A stretch of DNA of 63,968 nucleotides, filler included, from Cercozoa sp. M6MM (Eukaryota; Protista; Endomyxa: Ascetosporea): NCBI GenBank assembly GCA_040357565.1. It is 9 parts of 9 records of this genome, joined end to end, with 100 filler letters (N's around TTAATTAATTAA, not from the genome) between each part and the next. Parts side by side here need not be neighbours in the genome. Positions count along the whole stretch, not along the records: positions 24,359 to 40,153 come from JBDODJ010000300.1; positions 40,254 to 41,474 come from JBDODJ010002106.1; positions 41,575 to 55,662 come from JBDODJ010000339.1; positions 55,763 to 60,796 come from JBDODJ010000989.1; 5 more parts are not named here. The stretch is one strand, 5' to 3'. The translations under genes and the position numbers were made by a program. Shown here one piece after another: positions 40,129 through 55,763 of this stretch. Each line of letters starts with the position of its first letter. Positions within the stretch are counted from its first letter, which is position 1. The notes beneath the pieces are model-generated. The model saw only the letters and a program-made list of their open reading frames with translations. It was not told where the DNA came from and did no database searches.

Positions 40129-40253
40129 TGTAGGCCAAGGTAGTTTCACCCCCNNNNNNNNNNNNNNNNNNNNNNNNNNNNNNNNNNNNNNNNNNNNTTA
40201 ATTAATTAANNNNNNNNNNNNNNNNNNNNNNNNNNNNNNNNNNNNNNNNNNNN

Positions 40254-40306
<53 letters not shown>

Positions 40307-40332
40307 GAGATATCTGTCTATGCATTATACAT

Positions 40333-41428
40333 ATGCCGAAAAGGTAGATACCTGTCGACTGTGCGTAGATTTTGCAGCACGCTGCATGTCGCCATCCGGG
40401 AAGGGCAGTTCCGTCAGTGTCTGTTGCACGCAGAGCATTGGGCGTACAGTACACCAGGGGGAGGGGGGATAAAATCACCTTGTTCTCGGCAACAGCCAGG
40501 GCGAGCTGGCGGAAACCGTCCTCCGTGAAGTCGTTCTTAAGCAGCTTGCTGCACGGGGGTAAAGTGGGTAAGGGTAAAATGGGGCAGTGGGTAAGACACA
40601 CGTACAGCTCCACAAGCGACGTGTTTCGCTTCAACAGGAAACACAGCGGCTCCATCGCCTAGTCAGAGAATCAAGGTAGGGCGGGTAAAGAGAGTGAAGG
40701 AGGGTAAGCACGGAAGGTACCGTGACACCGATAAAGTTGCCCGAGACGTCGCAACGACGCACCGAACAGTTCGGAGCCGACAGTGCCTGGGTGTACAAAC
40801 AGGTCAGCCCTTGGTCCAAATGGACGGATCCATACCGATCAAAAGATATAGGGACAGCAGGACTGGACACGGACACACTGTACCTGCAGCATCGGCACGA
40901 CAAAGACGCCGTACTGTGCGGCGGCGGCCGAGTCTTCCGAGGCCGCGCTGACCGACGACTCGGCCGACGTCGACACATCTGCCTCCTCCACCGGTCCCTG
41001 CCCGGGGGGTAAGTGGGGTGGGGGAGCGGTAAAAGGGAAAACCTACGATGTCACCGGCGACACGCAGCACGTGCAAATTCGAACAGTCCAACACGAGTCC
41101 CTGGGGGGTAAAAGCGGGGTAAAAAATGAAAGGACGGGGCAAAGGGGTAAAGGGGTATACCGCAAATTGCAGAGGCAAAGCGTCGTCGCGTTCGTTGGCC
41201 AACACATTGCGATCGCTGTTGTGGGGGGATAAGGGGGTAAAGGGGAGTAAGTAACAATACCACACGAGACGGTAGAGCTGTCGATGTCGCCGCAGTGCCT
41301 TGACGATACTGGCCAGACCCGCACCTCCTAGGTCTACAGGAGGGGGGGTGAATGGGGGGCGGGGGGAGGGGGGTTAAACTACCACAGTCGGCACATCGCA
41401 ACGATCGCACCTTGTCCGGCGGACACTG
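40333..41428 (-). CDS. CARMIL/LRRC16-like leucine-rich-repeat protein, internal fragment
   Basis: ALSAPNCSVRRCDVSGNFIG..LLKRNTSLVEL..KNDFTEDGFRQLALAVAENKTLTELPFPDGDMQRA parallels [38 protein letters not shown]..D. Confidence 0.7.
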
Positions 41429-41673
41429 TTAAACCAGGGAGTAAGGGGGAGGGGGTAAGAGGGGAGTAAGAGTANNNNNNNNNNNNNNNNNNNNNNNNNN
41501 NNNNNNNNNNNNNNNNNNTTAATTAATTAANNNNNNNNNNNNNNNNNNNNNNNNNNNNNNNNNNNNNNNNNNNNGGGGGGGGGGAAGGAGGCAAATAAGC
41601 AAACAGGGGGTAAATAAAGGGGTAAATAAAGGAGTGGGGGGGAGGGGGGGGGGAAGGGGGGGGGGTAAAGTAC

Positions 41674-43082
41674 AGTCCGAGCGACTCGGCGATCTGCGAG
41701 AGCTGCTTCAGTGTCGACTGCTCGCGTTCCTCCAGCGACGCCACACTCGAAGCGGCGCTGCTACCGGCCAACGACCCGCCCGCGCGGACGTCGGCACCTT
41801 CCGCGCGGAGGTCCGGCGTCTGCGAGCGCGACACCTGGTCACGTGCACACACCTGTGACCTCTCCTCGCCACACGGGAGTAATGGTGAGCGGAAATGGGC
41901 GGGGGATAAAGAGGGCAAAGAGGGTGAGTACGGGGGGGGCGGGCCACCCCGGCGACCGGCCGGGGGGGGGGTAAAGGTAAGAGAGGGGAGGGTCAAAGCT
42001 ACAGTCGGAGTCGACACGGCCGTGTCGGGCACGCCCGTGGCGGACACCGAGAGCGAGGGGGTTCGCGACACGCGCTGATCGCTTTGATCTACGGTTTGAT
42101 CGACGGTTTGATCGGTCTGGTCGATCGAAGTGGTCACATTGGCCACTGGAGTGAAGCGTGTGACTGGAGTGACCGGGAAGGCCACGTGTGTTCGCAGCAG
42201 CGGCGACGACAGGCGCACCGGCGCCGGCGATGGTCGGCGCATGCGTCCGCTCGGATGCTGCTGTTGTTGTTTCTGTTGTTGTTGTTTCTGCTGCTGTTGC
42301 GTCAGCGTGAGCGGCATGGCGGCCTGCATGCCCGGTAGCGACGGCACCGAGCGCAGCGACGGCACCGACATCGACGTGTACTGACTGTCGTCGCTCGTCA
42401 CACTCACGCGCACTGGGGGGGGGGGTTAAGAGGTTAAGGGGTAAGGGGTAAAGGGTTAAGGGGTAAGGGCTAAGGGGTAAGGGTTAAGGGGTAAGGGGTA
42501 GGGGAAACTCACACTGCTCGTGATGCCAGCGCGGTCGACAGAAGCGCGCATCGCGCGCCGTCAGAAACAGCGGTCGCAGCAGCTCCTCGCTCGCGCCGTC
42601 GTCCGTCTGTTCGACGCTTTCGGGCGCCTTGCTGTCGACACAGAACAAGACACAGGATACACACAGCACACAAGATACACGGACACAGATAAGACACAGA
42701 CAAGACACAGACACAGACACACACACAAGAGTGCACTACGTCTCATCGACGTCGTCGTCGAGCGACGACGTGCAGATGCCCATCTAGAGCACGCACCTCG
42801 TCGTCTTTGTATTGAGCAACAGGTCGCACACTGCACAAGGACACATCGCCACATAATATGAGATAGAAGACAGAAGGATCAAACAAAAGACAAGACACAC
42901 ACCTCGAGGTATGGATCCGTGTCGGTGCAGCAGCCCACACCCCAGTGCAGAGCTAGCAGTGTGCTGCTACTGCTTCTGTGTGCTAGGTGAAGTCGTGTGT
43001 CAAGCACCAGGCGGGCTGTACGGTTCGGCAGAGGCAAGCACGGTGCCACAAACAGCAAACGTTCCTGCCGTGCGACACTCAC
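41674..43082 (-). CDS. Hypothetical low-complexity (Ser/Thr/Pro/polyQ) protein, 3' part lost at contig end
   Basis: ORF 41523-42413 reads through C-rich introns; upstream exons have GT-AG ends. No family recognised. Confidence 0.45.
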
Positions 43083-43395
43083 TCACACACTCTTGTCTGT
43101 GCTGTGTCGGGGAACGTTGCTAGAGAAACGAGGCAAGAAAGGAGCCCGGCAGCCGCGACCCACACTGGCACACAATTGATCTTTTGCGTGCTCTAGCTCC
43201 ATTCAGCACTAAAAGGCACAGCTACGCTCTGGCATACCTCACGAGTAGTTTGGGCGTACTGCTGTGTAACTTTCTATGGCACGGTGGTGCGTAACGTGCC
43301 CACTGACCAGTCACGACGTGCTGCTGCTGTGCACTTGAGATCAGATCACACCGTTGGCTGTGCCCGTCTTGAAGGTTCTGTGGCACGTTATCGAT

Positions 43396-43544
43396 CATTA
43401 TGCTGTATCGATCGTTAGACCGACAACGGTCACATCATCAGCCGACCGATTTTATTCACCCTTTTTGGTCTTTAGCGTCACTACTTATATCGATCGATCA
43501 CCATAGTGATACCGTTGTGGTCTAACGATCGATACAGCATAATG
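43396..43544. mobile_element. MITE-like element with ~35-bp terminal inverted repeats
   Basis: CATTATGCTGTATCGATCGTTAGACC(G)ACAACGGT pairs with ACCGTTGTGGTCTAACGATCGATACAGCATAATG (26 bp perfect, one indel, then 8 bp). Confidence 0.75.
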
Positions 43545-43817
43545 TTGTCAACATTTTCGATCATGCTTCGACGGTTTTCGATTGGGAGAGTGCGAATGCC
43601 TCTCCGCCACAGGAGAAGTACCCATGAGCGTGCCAAGTTCGCAAGACATAAGAATTATGGTGGAATTGGAAATTCTCAGTGACGCTGCCCGTTTTTGCTG
43701 TAATTTGACTCCGTAATCGTCGTTCTCGACACCATTAGCAATATATTCAAGTACAGCCGAGCAACATTGCTCGCTTGAGCCATACAGCTCGAACTCCGCA
43801 CGTTGGTCGCATGTGGG

Positions 43818-44748
43818 TTAGGCACCAGTATTGTCGTTCTTGGGTTCGGATTCACTGGCCACAGGGGTGCAGTCAGAGTCAGAGTCAATTCTCGAGTCCA
43901 AGTTGGCTGGCTTCTCCGCAGCGGCGATTTCAGTTGGGTCAGCTCCAGTTTGGGTTTCAGCTTCAGTTGAGTCCACTTTGGTTGGGTCAGCTTCAGTTTC
44001 TTCAGTTTCTTCTTCAGTTTCCTGCTCGGACTGCATGGTTGCCTCTGCTTTCTGTTGTTGCAGCTGCTGCAGTAGTTGCTGTTGTCGCTAATCAAAAGAA
44101 AGTCTCGAACCAAGCAGCGGCAAAGAAAGAGGAGAGGAAGAGTACCTGCACAAGCGCATCGTGTCGCGCGATGGCTCGCTTAGCATCGGCAGTGGCAGCC
44201 ATCTGACGTGCCTCGGCAGCCAGTTGCTGGTAGTGCTTTTGAGCCTGCAAGAAGAGGGAGGTACACACGCACACGCACACATAGATAAGCAAGCCAACCT
44301 CGTCGAGTCGGTGCAGCTGCTGCGCGACGCTCGCGATGCGTCCGCGTGCCTCGCTGAGCTCACTCACCGCTGTGTTGAGCGACGCGAGCGCCGCCTCACA
44401 CTTGCGCCTAGGCCAAGGGGATAAAGACCAAACTAGAGAAAAGGCAACAGTGAAAAGACACACATTTGCTGACGCGTGTGCGCGCACTGGCGAAGCGAGC
44501 GACGCAGACGCGGTGCCAGCGCCATCCGCTTCGCCTGCAGCTGCTGCTCTGCGATCGCGACCGGATAACTGATACACACTGGCAGCCATAACAACGTACG
44601 GTTGTGTCGCACAGCGTCAAAGTTGCGTCTCTGCAACTGCGCGAACGACGCGCCCGGCGGCAGCACCGCCTTTGCCTGCAGCACGAACTGCTGAATACCA
44701 CCAAGAGTCCGAAAATCTCAAAGACTAAAAAACCTCGATCTGAGCCAT
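43818..44748 (-). CDS. Hypothetical coiled-coil protein with acidic tail, multi-exon
   Basis: MAQIE|QFVLQAK..ELSEARGRIASVAQQLHRLDE..QSEQETEEETEETE, then stop at 43818. Confidence 0.5.
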
Positions 44749-45034
44749 CCAGCTTACTGAGACACTAAATCGGGGCCTGCACACGCGTACACTCTGTTTG
44801 GCAGTCGGGAGAAACACGCGTTCTGCGTGACCACATTATTAAAAAATATCAAAAATCGTGCTCTGACTGGAGCTCTGTTGCTGTGCTGCTTTTTGAAGCA
44901 GTGTAAAATGTCGTTTTTGCGCTGGTTTCTTCGGTTAACGGGAGTTATCGCCGCTGTGTTATGGTTCGGCCTCCACATCGTTTGTTTTTTTTTTGTAATG
45001 TAATTGTTGTAATTGTTGCAGGTTCACCTACGAA

Positions 45035-46529
45035 ATGGCGACAACGTGGCCAAGCTCGTGGCCAGACGTACCTGTACGTTTCTTTGTTGTCTTCTGATCA
45101 GACCATGTCAGTCTTTATTTTACAGGACGAAGACGAATCAAAGAAGCAAATCGCCGCACGGACTGAGGAAGAAAAGGAAAATGATTGCATCGAAGTGCGC
45201 TCAATCACCAAGCAGTTGCGTAAGGATGCATTAAAGGTTGTGCTAACGTTTAGTTTCTCAAGAAATATAATTTAACAGGTGAAGACATTGAGATGCGCGA
45301 TTTCCTGCTGTCGCAAGTCAGCCAGAACGCCGCAGTCTGTGTCGCGCGTGCAATGTGCCTCCTTTGAGTTTCCTCGGTGTTCGGAGATTCTTTCTTGATC
45401 TCTCTTGGTTGCTTTTGTAGACAAGAAGATCCACTGATTGCTGCTCTTCTCGATGCACGTGAGCATTTGAGGTGCACTTTCCATACTTAAACAGTCTGTG
45501 TGTTAAGGCGGTTACACCTATGTGCAGGTGGAGCAAGAACGTGCGTTTCGCGCAGTTCTGGCTGTGGCTGCACACGCGTCACAGCGGCCACGTGATTTCT
45601 GCAGTGACCAACGACGGGTACTCTTAAGTTACTGGAGAGGAAACCGTCATGGTCATGCGTGTGACACTGCACAGCCACGTGTCTGGAGTGCTCATGCTGT
45701 CGCAGTTCCCTCGCTTGCTGAGCAGTCGTACTATTGATGTCGATACAGATACAATTATATGTGTATATATATATATATATGCTATATAAGATACGTATAC
45801 TATGCTCACACAGGCGAGTGGCTGCAGTCGCTGCACATGCGTGCCTTGTGGCTCTTTGGGCCGACACGTGTCGCATGCTTGCGCCGACTCTCGCTCGCGT
45901 ACGACGAGGCTCGTCGCAAGGTAAGCAGCCCTTTCGCCTGGCTTTGCTCTGCATTGTAAAGCCGATCCCTTCCAACCCGAACAGGTGGCCTCTTACCTTC
46001 TGACGCATAGCGATGCGCGACATGTGGCGTTTATTGACATCGCGTGCGTCGATCCTGACATGCGCCAGAGTGTAGCCTCTTTCTTTAGCCTCTCACCTTT
46101 ACACTTTGAGTGCTCTTAGGAACTTGGCCGGCGGCTGCTGCAACACGCGTGTGATGCCGCTGATCGCCGACAGGCGCACCTCGTGATCCCGTAATCCATT
46201 GCAACATTTCATCGCAGCGCATTCTCCCTTATTTCAGTGAGGGTGTGTGTCACTGTAGTGTGACACACGACACCAATGACGTCGAAACCTGTCGCACCAG
46301 TTGCTGGCTACAACGGCATTTTGGTTTCGCACGCGACGACGCAGCACAGAGGTACTTGTATTTTTCAACAGTATTGGGGATGTGCTCTTTCAAGGAATCA
46401 CACCAGTTGTATCGGCTTAATACTGTTAGCACCCCCACGCTCCAGTTCGAGACGGGAGATGCCGGCGTCCAGCGACGTGCTGCTTTGATCATGCTGGTTC
46501 GTGCCCCTGTCGAAAACCAGCGTGAGTGA
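45035..46529 (+). CDS. GNAT family N-acetyltransferase, multi-exon
   Basis: HVAFIDIACVDPDMRQ..LGRRLLQHACDAADRRQAHLVI..HFGF is GNAT motif A/B. Confidence 0.7.
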
Positions 46530-46707
46530 CACTACCTTCGCGTCTGTCGAGTCAGTTGGATTGGGAGCTAGATGTGTGCTAAATGTATGCACAAAAGTAC
46601 GTTAGATAAAGTCAGACAATGATGATTTTGATCGATCGGTCGGGCGCCATTTGATGGATTCGCGTCCGCGCGGACAGCAGTCAAAAACACGACTCCGAGG
46701 GTGAGTT

Positions 46708-48000
46708 TTAGCCCTTCTTGCCGTGCGTGGTGACGGCCTCTGAGAGCTGCGCCGAGAAGTCGCGCAGCTGCGCCTTGCGGGCGTTGTCTGACGGGGAAGG
46801 AAGAAAAGGGTAAAGAGGAAAGGGTAAAGGGTAAAGGGTAAAGGGGTGGTAAAGGGAAAGAGGGTAAGGTAGCAGTACCAGCCGAGCGCATGCCGTTGAT
46901 TACGTCGCGCGTCTTCTGGATGTAGATGCCCTCGATGGAGTTGCGGATGTCCTTCTCGAGGTCCTCGACCATCTTGCCCATGTTCATCACGTGCGTGTGG
47001 TCGTCGTCCAGCGTGATTTCGCGCTGTACGGACGGGGGAGGGGGTAAATGGGGGTGGGGATAGAGGAAGGGACGAACCTGCAGCTGCTTGGTCATGCTGC
47101 CAGACAGATCGGCCTTGCCGAGTTGCGCACTGTCGACGTCCATGCTCACCATGACCTGCAGGAGGTAGGGGGTAGGTGGGGTAGATAGGGTAGCAAGTAG
47201 GGAACTACCGTCGTGGTGAGCTTGTACTGCCACTTGTTGCCGCCGAGACACGTGGCCTCGACGATGTGGATGCTGCTCCAGGAGGCAGCAGCCAGACCAG
47301 CCACCTGCTCGGCGTCCTTCTGCACCAGGAAGCATGCGGCAAAGTTGCCGTCATCCAAGTCCCTACATACACACACACACACATATATATATATAACAAG
47401 TCACACTGACAGCGGAAGCTCAAGAGCAAAGGTCAAAAAGGTCAAAATGGAAAAACGCACCACATGTACACCGAGCTGTGGCCACCCTCAAAGTACAACT
47501 GTCGGTAGCGATCGAACACAAAGTTGGCCTCCTTCTCCAAAGTTCGCAGCGCATCGCTCGGCAGGAATCCTGGGGGGAGGGTGCAGAATAGAACGGGTAA
47601 ACATGCAGGGGGCAAGCAGTACCATCGTCCAGCGCCGGGAAGTACTTGTTGCTCCACGGCGAGCGGTACGAGTCGCCGTCGCGGTTGTAGTCGCACAGCA
47701 CGTAGTGCTTGCCGCTCTCCGGGTCCACGGCCACCTTGAGCGGCTGGTCCACACGCCTGCCAGACAGGGTGCTTTTTTCGAACACACCAACACACGCATA
47801 CACACGCACAAAAGAGACACGGTACTGAAGCAGTTCGTCCGTCAGGTCCGGCACCAGCGAGATGAGACCTGCAGGTAGGTACCTCAGGTTAGACCTGCAC
47901 ATGGATGGCACAGAAAGCTACCACTCAGCGAGGTCTCCACCTCGGCAGGCGGCATTCTGCGCATCAGGTTCAGCGCCGACTTCATCTGCTCGTCGCTCAT
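46708..48000 (-). CDS. CAPZB: F-actin capping protein beta subunit
   Basis: [90 protein letters not shown]. Confidence 0.98.
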
Positions 48001-48438
48001 TTTCGGTGTCGAGAAAACCTGCTTCCTTCCTGCGCACGAATCACAATCTTTCGCCTCAGTCGGTGAAACACACAAAACTCGACCACCAGCAACAAAAGCA
48101 ACTCGCACAATGTAGTGTGCACAAAGTATCACATCATTACACACACACGGACACACAGGGCACGTTGCTGGGTCTTGGTGACTCAAGAAAAAAGTTGGCA
48201 CGCACAACCCTTCGGCAAGAAGCCCACAGATGAGCAATATAAACCAATCAACGCACCGGTGCTGCAACCTTTGGGCGTGAAAAGTGGCGCACAAGGTGAT
48301 GTCTTCGTCGCGTGCCCGTTCTCGGTCCAAACGGCCATTGGAACGCCGTGCCAAATAAAAGATCACGATCGCCCCGAAAGCAACACCAGCCCAGGCGAGG
48401 GTATGCAATAGCGGTTTGTTTCTGTTTAAATTGCGATC

Positions 48439-51097
<2,659 letters not shown>

Positions 51098-51512
51098 CGA
51101 AAACATGTCATGATCGACCGACAAGGTAGTTAGTTCAGTCTACTCGACTACGAAACCAACAAGTCGTGAGTCCTACGCTATTGCCGGCGCCCGGCCTGAT
51201 CGTTCTTCACGGCTTACAACCTGTCGTGAAGAAATACCCTACAGTCGGTCGTAAGGCAGTCGGTCGTACGGTTAGTTAGTACTGTACGTAGACGAGTTCG
51301 GCGCACACAGTAATTAATGTACACCCGATCTGCCATTTCATGTCGGTGCTCAAGTCGGCGAGATCAAACCGTAACGGCAAGTGGGTATCATACACAATTT
51401 TAGCCCGCTAAACGCTCGCCAAATCTGTAGTATGCACTAAGCTCTACAAACTAGCGGAAAAACTTACGGGTATCATCACGGTGAAGCTTACTTTATACTA
51501 CGTATTGACGAA

Positions 51513-53819
51513 TCATGATTCAAGACGGACCGGATTCAATTGAGTGGATTGCAGCTCAAGCCGAGACCGAGAGGTACTTTGAGTCGGCGCATCGGCACTG
51601 ACCTGACTCGGAGGCGCCCGTAAATCACGCCCGTGCCGGAAGTGCTGAAGGCAGACAGGACAACGATCGCGATGTCGCAGCCACTGGCGCATACATTCGG
51701 TCTGTTCCAAGTGCAGTTGATTCAGTTATATTCTGCTAAGTGCTAACATTGTTTGCTTGGAGAAGCAAAGAGTACAGTACGTGGAAATGATGCGAGCAAG
51801 GCAGAATAGTAATGGACGAGCCAGGCTGAAGGTTAATTTACAGTAAATTTACCCAAATCGTGATCACCCATACCCCTGTGTAAAATTTACATGAGGTACC
51901 TCATACTCTGAGAGACAGATGACGCACTGTTTTTCTCCATCGCTCGAGGAGAGCTCTCTGCATGTGCCAAGCTGTATCACGCTCAAGTACAGTGAGGGAG
52001 TTGATACTTGGCGATCTCGTCGTCGTACTCCCGCGACGGCAGACGCGAGATCTGTCGTTCTGATGCTGCTTGTCTTTTGCAACTGTCTTCCAAAAAACCA
52101 TGTGGCCGGATCAGGTACCTCGAAAGAAAGTACTCAAACTATGACAACTGCACCCATGTGAACAGGCGGCAAAGACTCCAACCAGACAAGGCAGCCCGAC
52201 CATGAGGAGCAGCAGAGGTAACGAGTCTATTTCCGGCACTGTTGCAGGAACATACAATAGAAACAGGGAGCAAGAGGGAAGAGAAAGAAAAGAAGGGAGT
52301 ACACGCAAAGATCGATGCGAAGCGTGCCACCACACGTGCGTTGTGATCGCTCGACTCTACCCTTGCCAAGATGAGCGAGGCTCCCTGCGGCTCGGATCCT
52401 GACAGGTGCACGTGCCAAGGCGAGTCTGTCAATCGTCGTTTGGACTCACTGTACACATACTCTGACTGCTGGACACTCTTCTCTCAACGGACAGAAGGAA
52501 AAATTACAAGATGTGAGTCCAGTTGCCCCGAAACCGATTCGAGTATCCCTACAGTAGGCAGATCGCGGAATGACAATAAACAAAACAAATAATTATGAGT
52601 AGACGCTGTGTTTAATACCCTCAGCTCAAACACGTCCATTTTGGCCGCTTTGTGCTGTCCAAAAGAACCTGTAATGGCAAGGATATGTTTGTAGGAAGGA
52701 TTATTACGGACGGCAGGACAGCCACATCTAGTAACACTGGCAGCTCCAGTGGAATTCTGCACTCAAGTTCAGTCGATGTTTCAACTGAGTCAGAAAAGTT
52801 GCAAGCAAAAAGGTGAGAGTATACATTGAGAAAGCAAGCCAGCTTGTTTGAAGAGTCATTGAGTCACTAATGGGATTGTGACCAGGTCCACTGCAGTGAA
52901 GCACATGAATTGTGTTTCTACCTGGCAGTTCGGCCCTTTTGCAACTCAGTTGCGACGACCTGTGCCACAAGTTACAACTGTATCATACCGAGCGAAATGC
53001 ACAAACGCTTGAGTTGATGTACCAGGTCAAGTTGGAAGGCCAAGTCTTTGTCAGTTGGATTCTCAACGATCACTTCAAGGGCTTCAGTTGTTTGATTCTC
53101 TGTCCAAGTGGTCCTTTGCAGTACGCAGATCGATTGCAATAGAGCGAAAACTGCGCCATACGTGTGGGCATCATGCGAAACACAGCGTGTCCTAGCAAGG
53201 AAACGGCTGTTGAAGCAACGTGCACGCGATCTGACTTGTCTGAACCGTAAATCGTAGTCACTCTTGCCTGCGCCAAAGTGCCAGTTTGCAATGTACAGTA
53301 TCTTGGTGTGTACACAGATTAGTACGTTGAGAGTAGTATCGTTGAGTGACACAACGACCAGACGAAAGGCGGCTCGGTCGGCCCAGTCTGTAATTTTCAT
53401 GTTTTAAAGCACAACTCACAATGCTTTGCCTGACTAAATTTACTCGTAGTTTAGCAAAGGCACCTGACGATAGTGTGTATCTCTTGTGTCGTCCCGCTTG
53501 GCACACACTCTCCAGTCGCACGTCTACAAAAACTCCGAGATCATTTAAGCCGTCTCAAAAAGTCGAGTTGGGGAGGAGGGGTTGCAAACACACCAGATGT
53601 AGACGGCGTTACATCGATAGACTCTGAGTCTGTCAGAGGTTCGTGCCGCACCATTGTACTACACCACACATTGCAACTTCTAAAGACACAAACTCTGGAT
53701 ACTTACTACCTGTCTGTCCAGGCCGCATTGTGCTGGACGCAGTTGTAGCCAAGCAATAGGCACAGGAGGCACAAGTACAGCAGAAACAATGCGGTCTCGC
53801 GACTCGCAACGCCTGCCAT
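51513..53819 (-). CDS. Membrane-anchored RING-H2 E3 ubiquitin ligase (signal peptide, lumenal domain, TM, RING)
   Basis: CVICLSEYE..ILPCSHHFHTECMRQWL..CPVC (C3H2C3). TM LPLLLLMVGLPCLVGVFAAC. N-terminus MAGVASRETALFLLYLCLLCLLLG; the 5' end is inferred. Confidence 0.8.
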
Positions 53820-54128
53820 CCGAGTCGTTCCGTGACCCAAGTGGGGGGCTCGAGCGAGAATGCTCTACTGCCTCTGGTCCAGATCAGTTTCCTCCGAAGA
53901 ACTCCCCCAGGAAGTGTCAACGGACCAAGTGTAAACCCCGAGTTCATCCTTCGGGCACAGTGAAACAAGTGAAAACAGGAACGAAACAATTTATTGCTCA
54001 ATCACTTTTACCCAGCAGCCTTAACAAACAGCAGTTCTGCCAATCTTGCCAAGACTTGGAGTGCAATTGTACAGTACCTCTAGTCCTCAGGTGTGCACAC
54101 GTGTCAAGCACAAGCGCGGACTGGTCAA

Positions 54129-55662
54129 ATGCACGGTCGAAAGAAGAACTCGACGACGCCCCAGCAGCGCGCCGAGGCGTCCGCCAAGATCTCAAAATTC
54201 GCCACGCTGAGTCAACAAGTATGTGTTTGTAGCCTGACTGAGTGTGTGTTTCTTTATTTATCGGGTATTTAGGTACTCAGACTTCGACGTGGTGGCGTTC
54301 TGAAGCAGCAGGTGTGCCTTCTTTCTTATCTTTGTTTTGTAGTATTTTCCGTTTTTCGCAGGTGCTGAAGCACTCGGCGAAACTGGTCGAAGCAAACCCC
54401 GATTTTTACACTGTTTGGAACTACCGACGCGATGTGATTGAGCACTTGTCGAAAAAGTAGATTCCGTTTTGTATTTTTACACGTCCGGGCGGAAGCCTTT
54501 GTGTGCATCCAACAGCGAGTGGACGCAAGAACAGCTGCGCGAACGTCTCGAGGCCGAATTGCGTCTGACACAAACAGCGTTGATGCGTAATCCTAAAAGG
54601 TGTGATGATGGATAGGCCTGTTTGCGCGAGTTGCTTTGCTTTTGAGCTGAGCTGAGTTGAGTTGAGTTGAGTTGAGTTGTTGCGTTGATTTGAATCTTGA
54701 GCTTACTGAGTTGCTTTAAAGTTAAATTGTGTTGTTTTTGAGTGAGCTGGTTAAATTTGGTGCGTGCAGCTACAATGCGTGGCACCAGCGTGTCTGGGTG
54801 GTTCAGCTCGGTCAGCAGAATGACGGACTGATCGATCTGCAGCAAGAACTCGCCTTGTGTGACACTTTCCTGAGCAAGGACTCGCGCAACTGTACCAATG
54901 CTCTGTTTCTTCCCTTTGCATGCTTTGCTTGCTGTGTGGTTTGTTAAACTTTGGTTTTGAGTCAGTTCACTGCTGGGACTACCGGCGTTTCGTGACGCAA
55001 CTGATGAGTCGCGATGTGAGTGGTACCTTTTTGTCAAAGATCATCGGTGGGAAACGGTGTGACTGGGGACTGTGGAGGTGAGATCAATCCAGACGTTTTG
55101 TTGCCTAGAGGAACTGCAGTTCAGCACAACGCTGATTGAGGAGAACTTTAGCAACTTCTCGTCGTGGCACTACCGTGGCAAACTGCTGCTCGCGACGCAC
55201 ACTGCGGCCGAGCTTCAGCAAACGTACTCTTGTTTTCGTTAAAGGGGTGTTATCTACCGTAAAGGCAACTTAGAAGCAGTTAAAGGGGTGTGAAGTCTCA
55301 CATGCGTGTGTTAACAGACTACGGGACGAACTGACGCTCGTGCGCAATGCCATGTTTACTGTACCTCTGTACCTCTGTGTTTTGTACCTGTTTTGTACCC
55401 GATGTGTCCGCGCGGATGTGTGAGGAATACAGGAGCCAGATGACCAGTCAGCGTGGCTGTTCCATCGCTTCGTTTTGGCTCAGTTCGGCATCCTTGCTCT
55501 GGTGAGTTCTTGCTCTTTTTTACCCTCTGATACCCCGTGTTATCCCCGTATTACCCCCCCCCGTATTACCCCCCCCCCCCCGTATTACCCCCTCGCACAG
55601 GGCGAGAGCAAGCGAAGTGACGTTGTGAAAATCGAGTTGAGCGAAGAGGAGCGGCGGGCACG
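54129..55662 (+). CDS. RABGGTA: Rab geranylgeranyltransferase alpha subunit, truncated at contig end
   Basis: MHGRKK, NPDFYTVWNYRR, NPKSYNAWHQR, DSRNFHCWDYRR, NFSNFSSWHYR, AMFTEPDDQSAWLF. Confidence 0.95.
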
Positions 55663-55763
55663 NNNNNNNNNNNNNNNNNNNNNNNNNNNNNNNNNNNNNN
55701 NNNNNNTTAATTAATTAANNNNNNNNNNNNNNNNNNNNNNNNNNNNNNNNNNNNNNNNNNNNA

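Noticed and set aside
40333-48000. CARMIL-like gene close to its partner CAPZB, a possible functional cluster
   Set aside because: The linker at 41519 separates them, so adjacency is not established.
47884-48408. 174-aa ORF upstream of and in frame with CAPZB
   Set aside because: Starts at TTG and spans the divergent promoter; CAPZB homology begins at ATG 48000.
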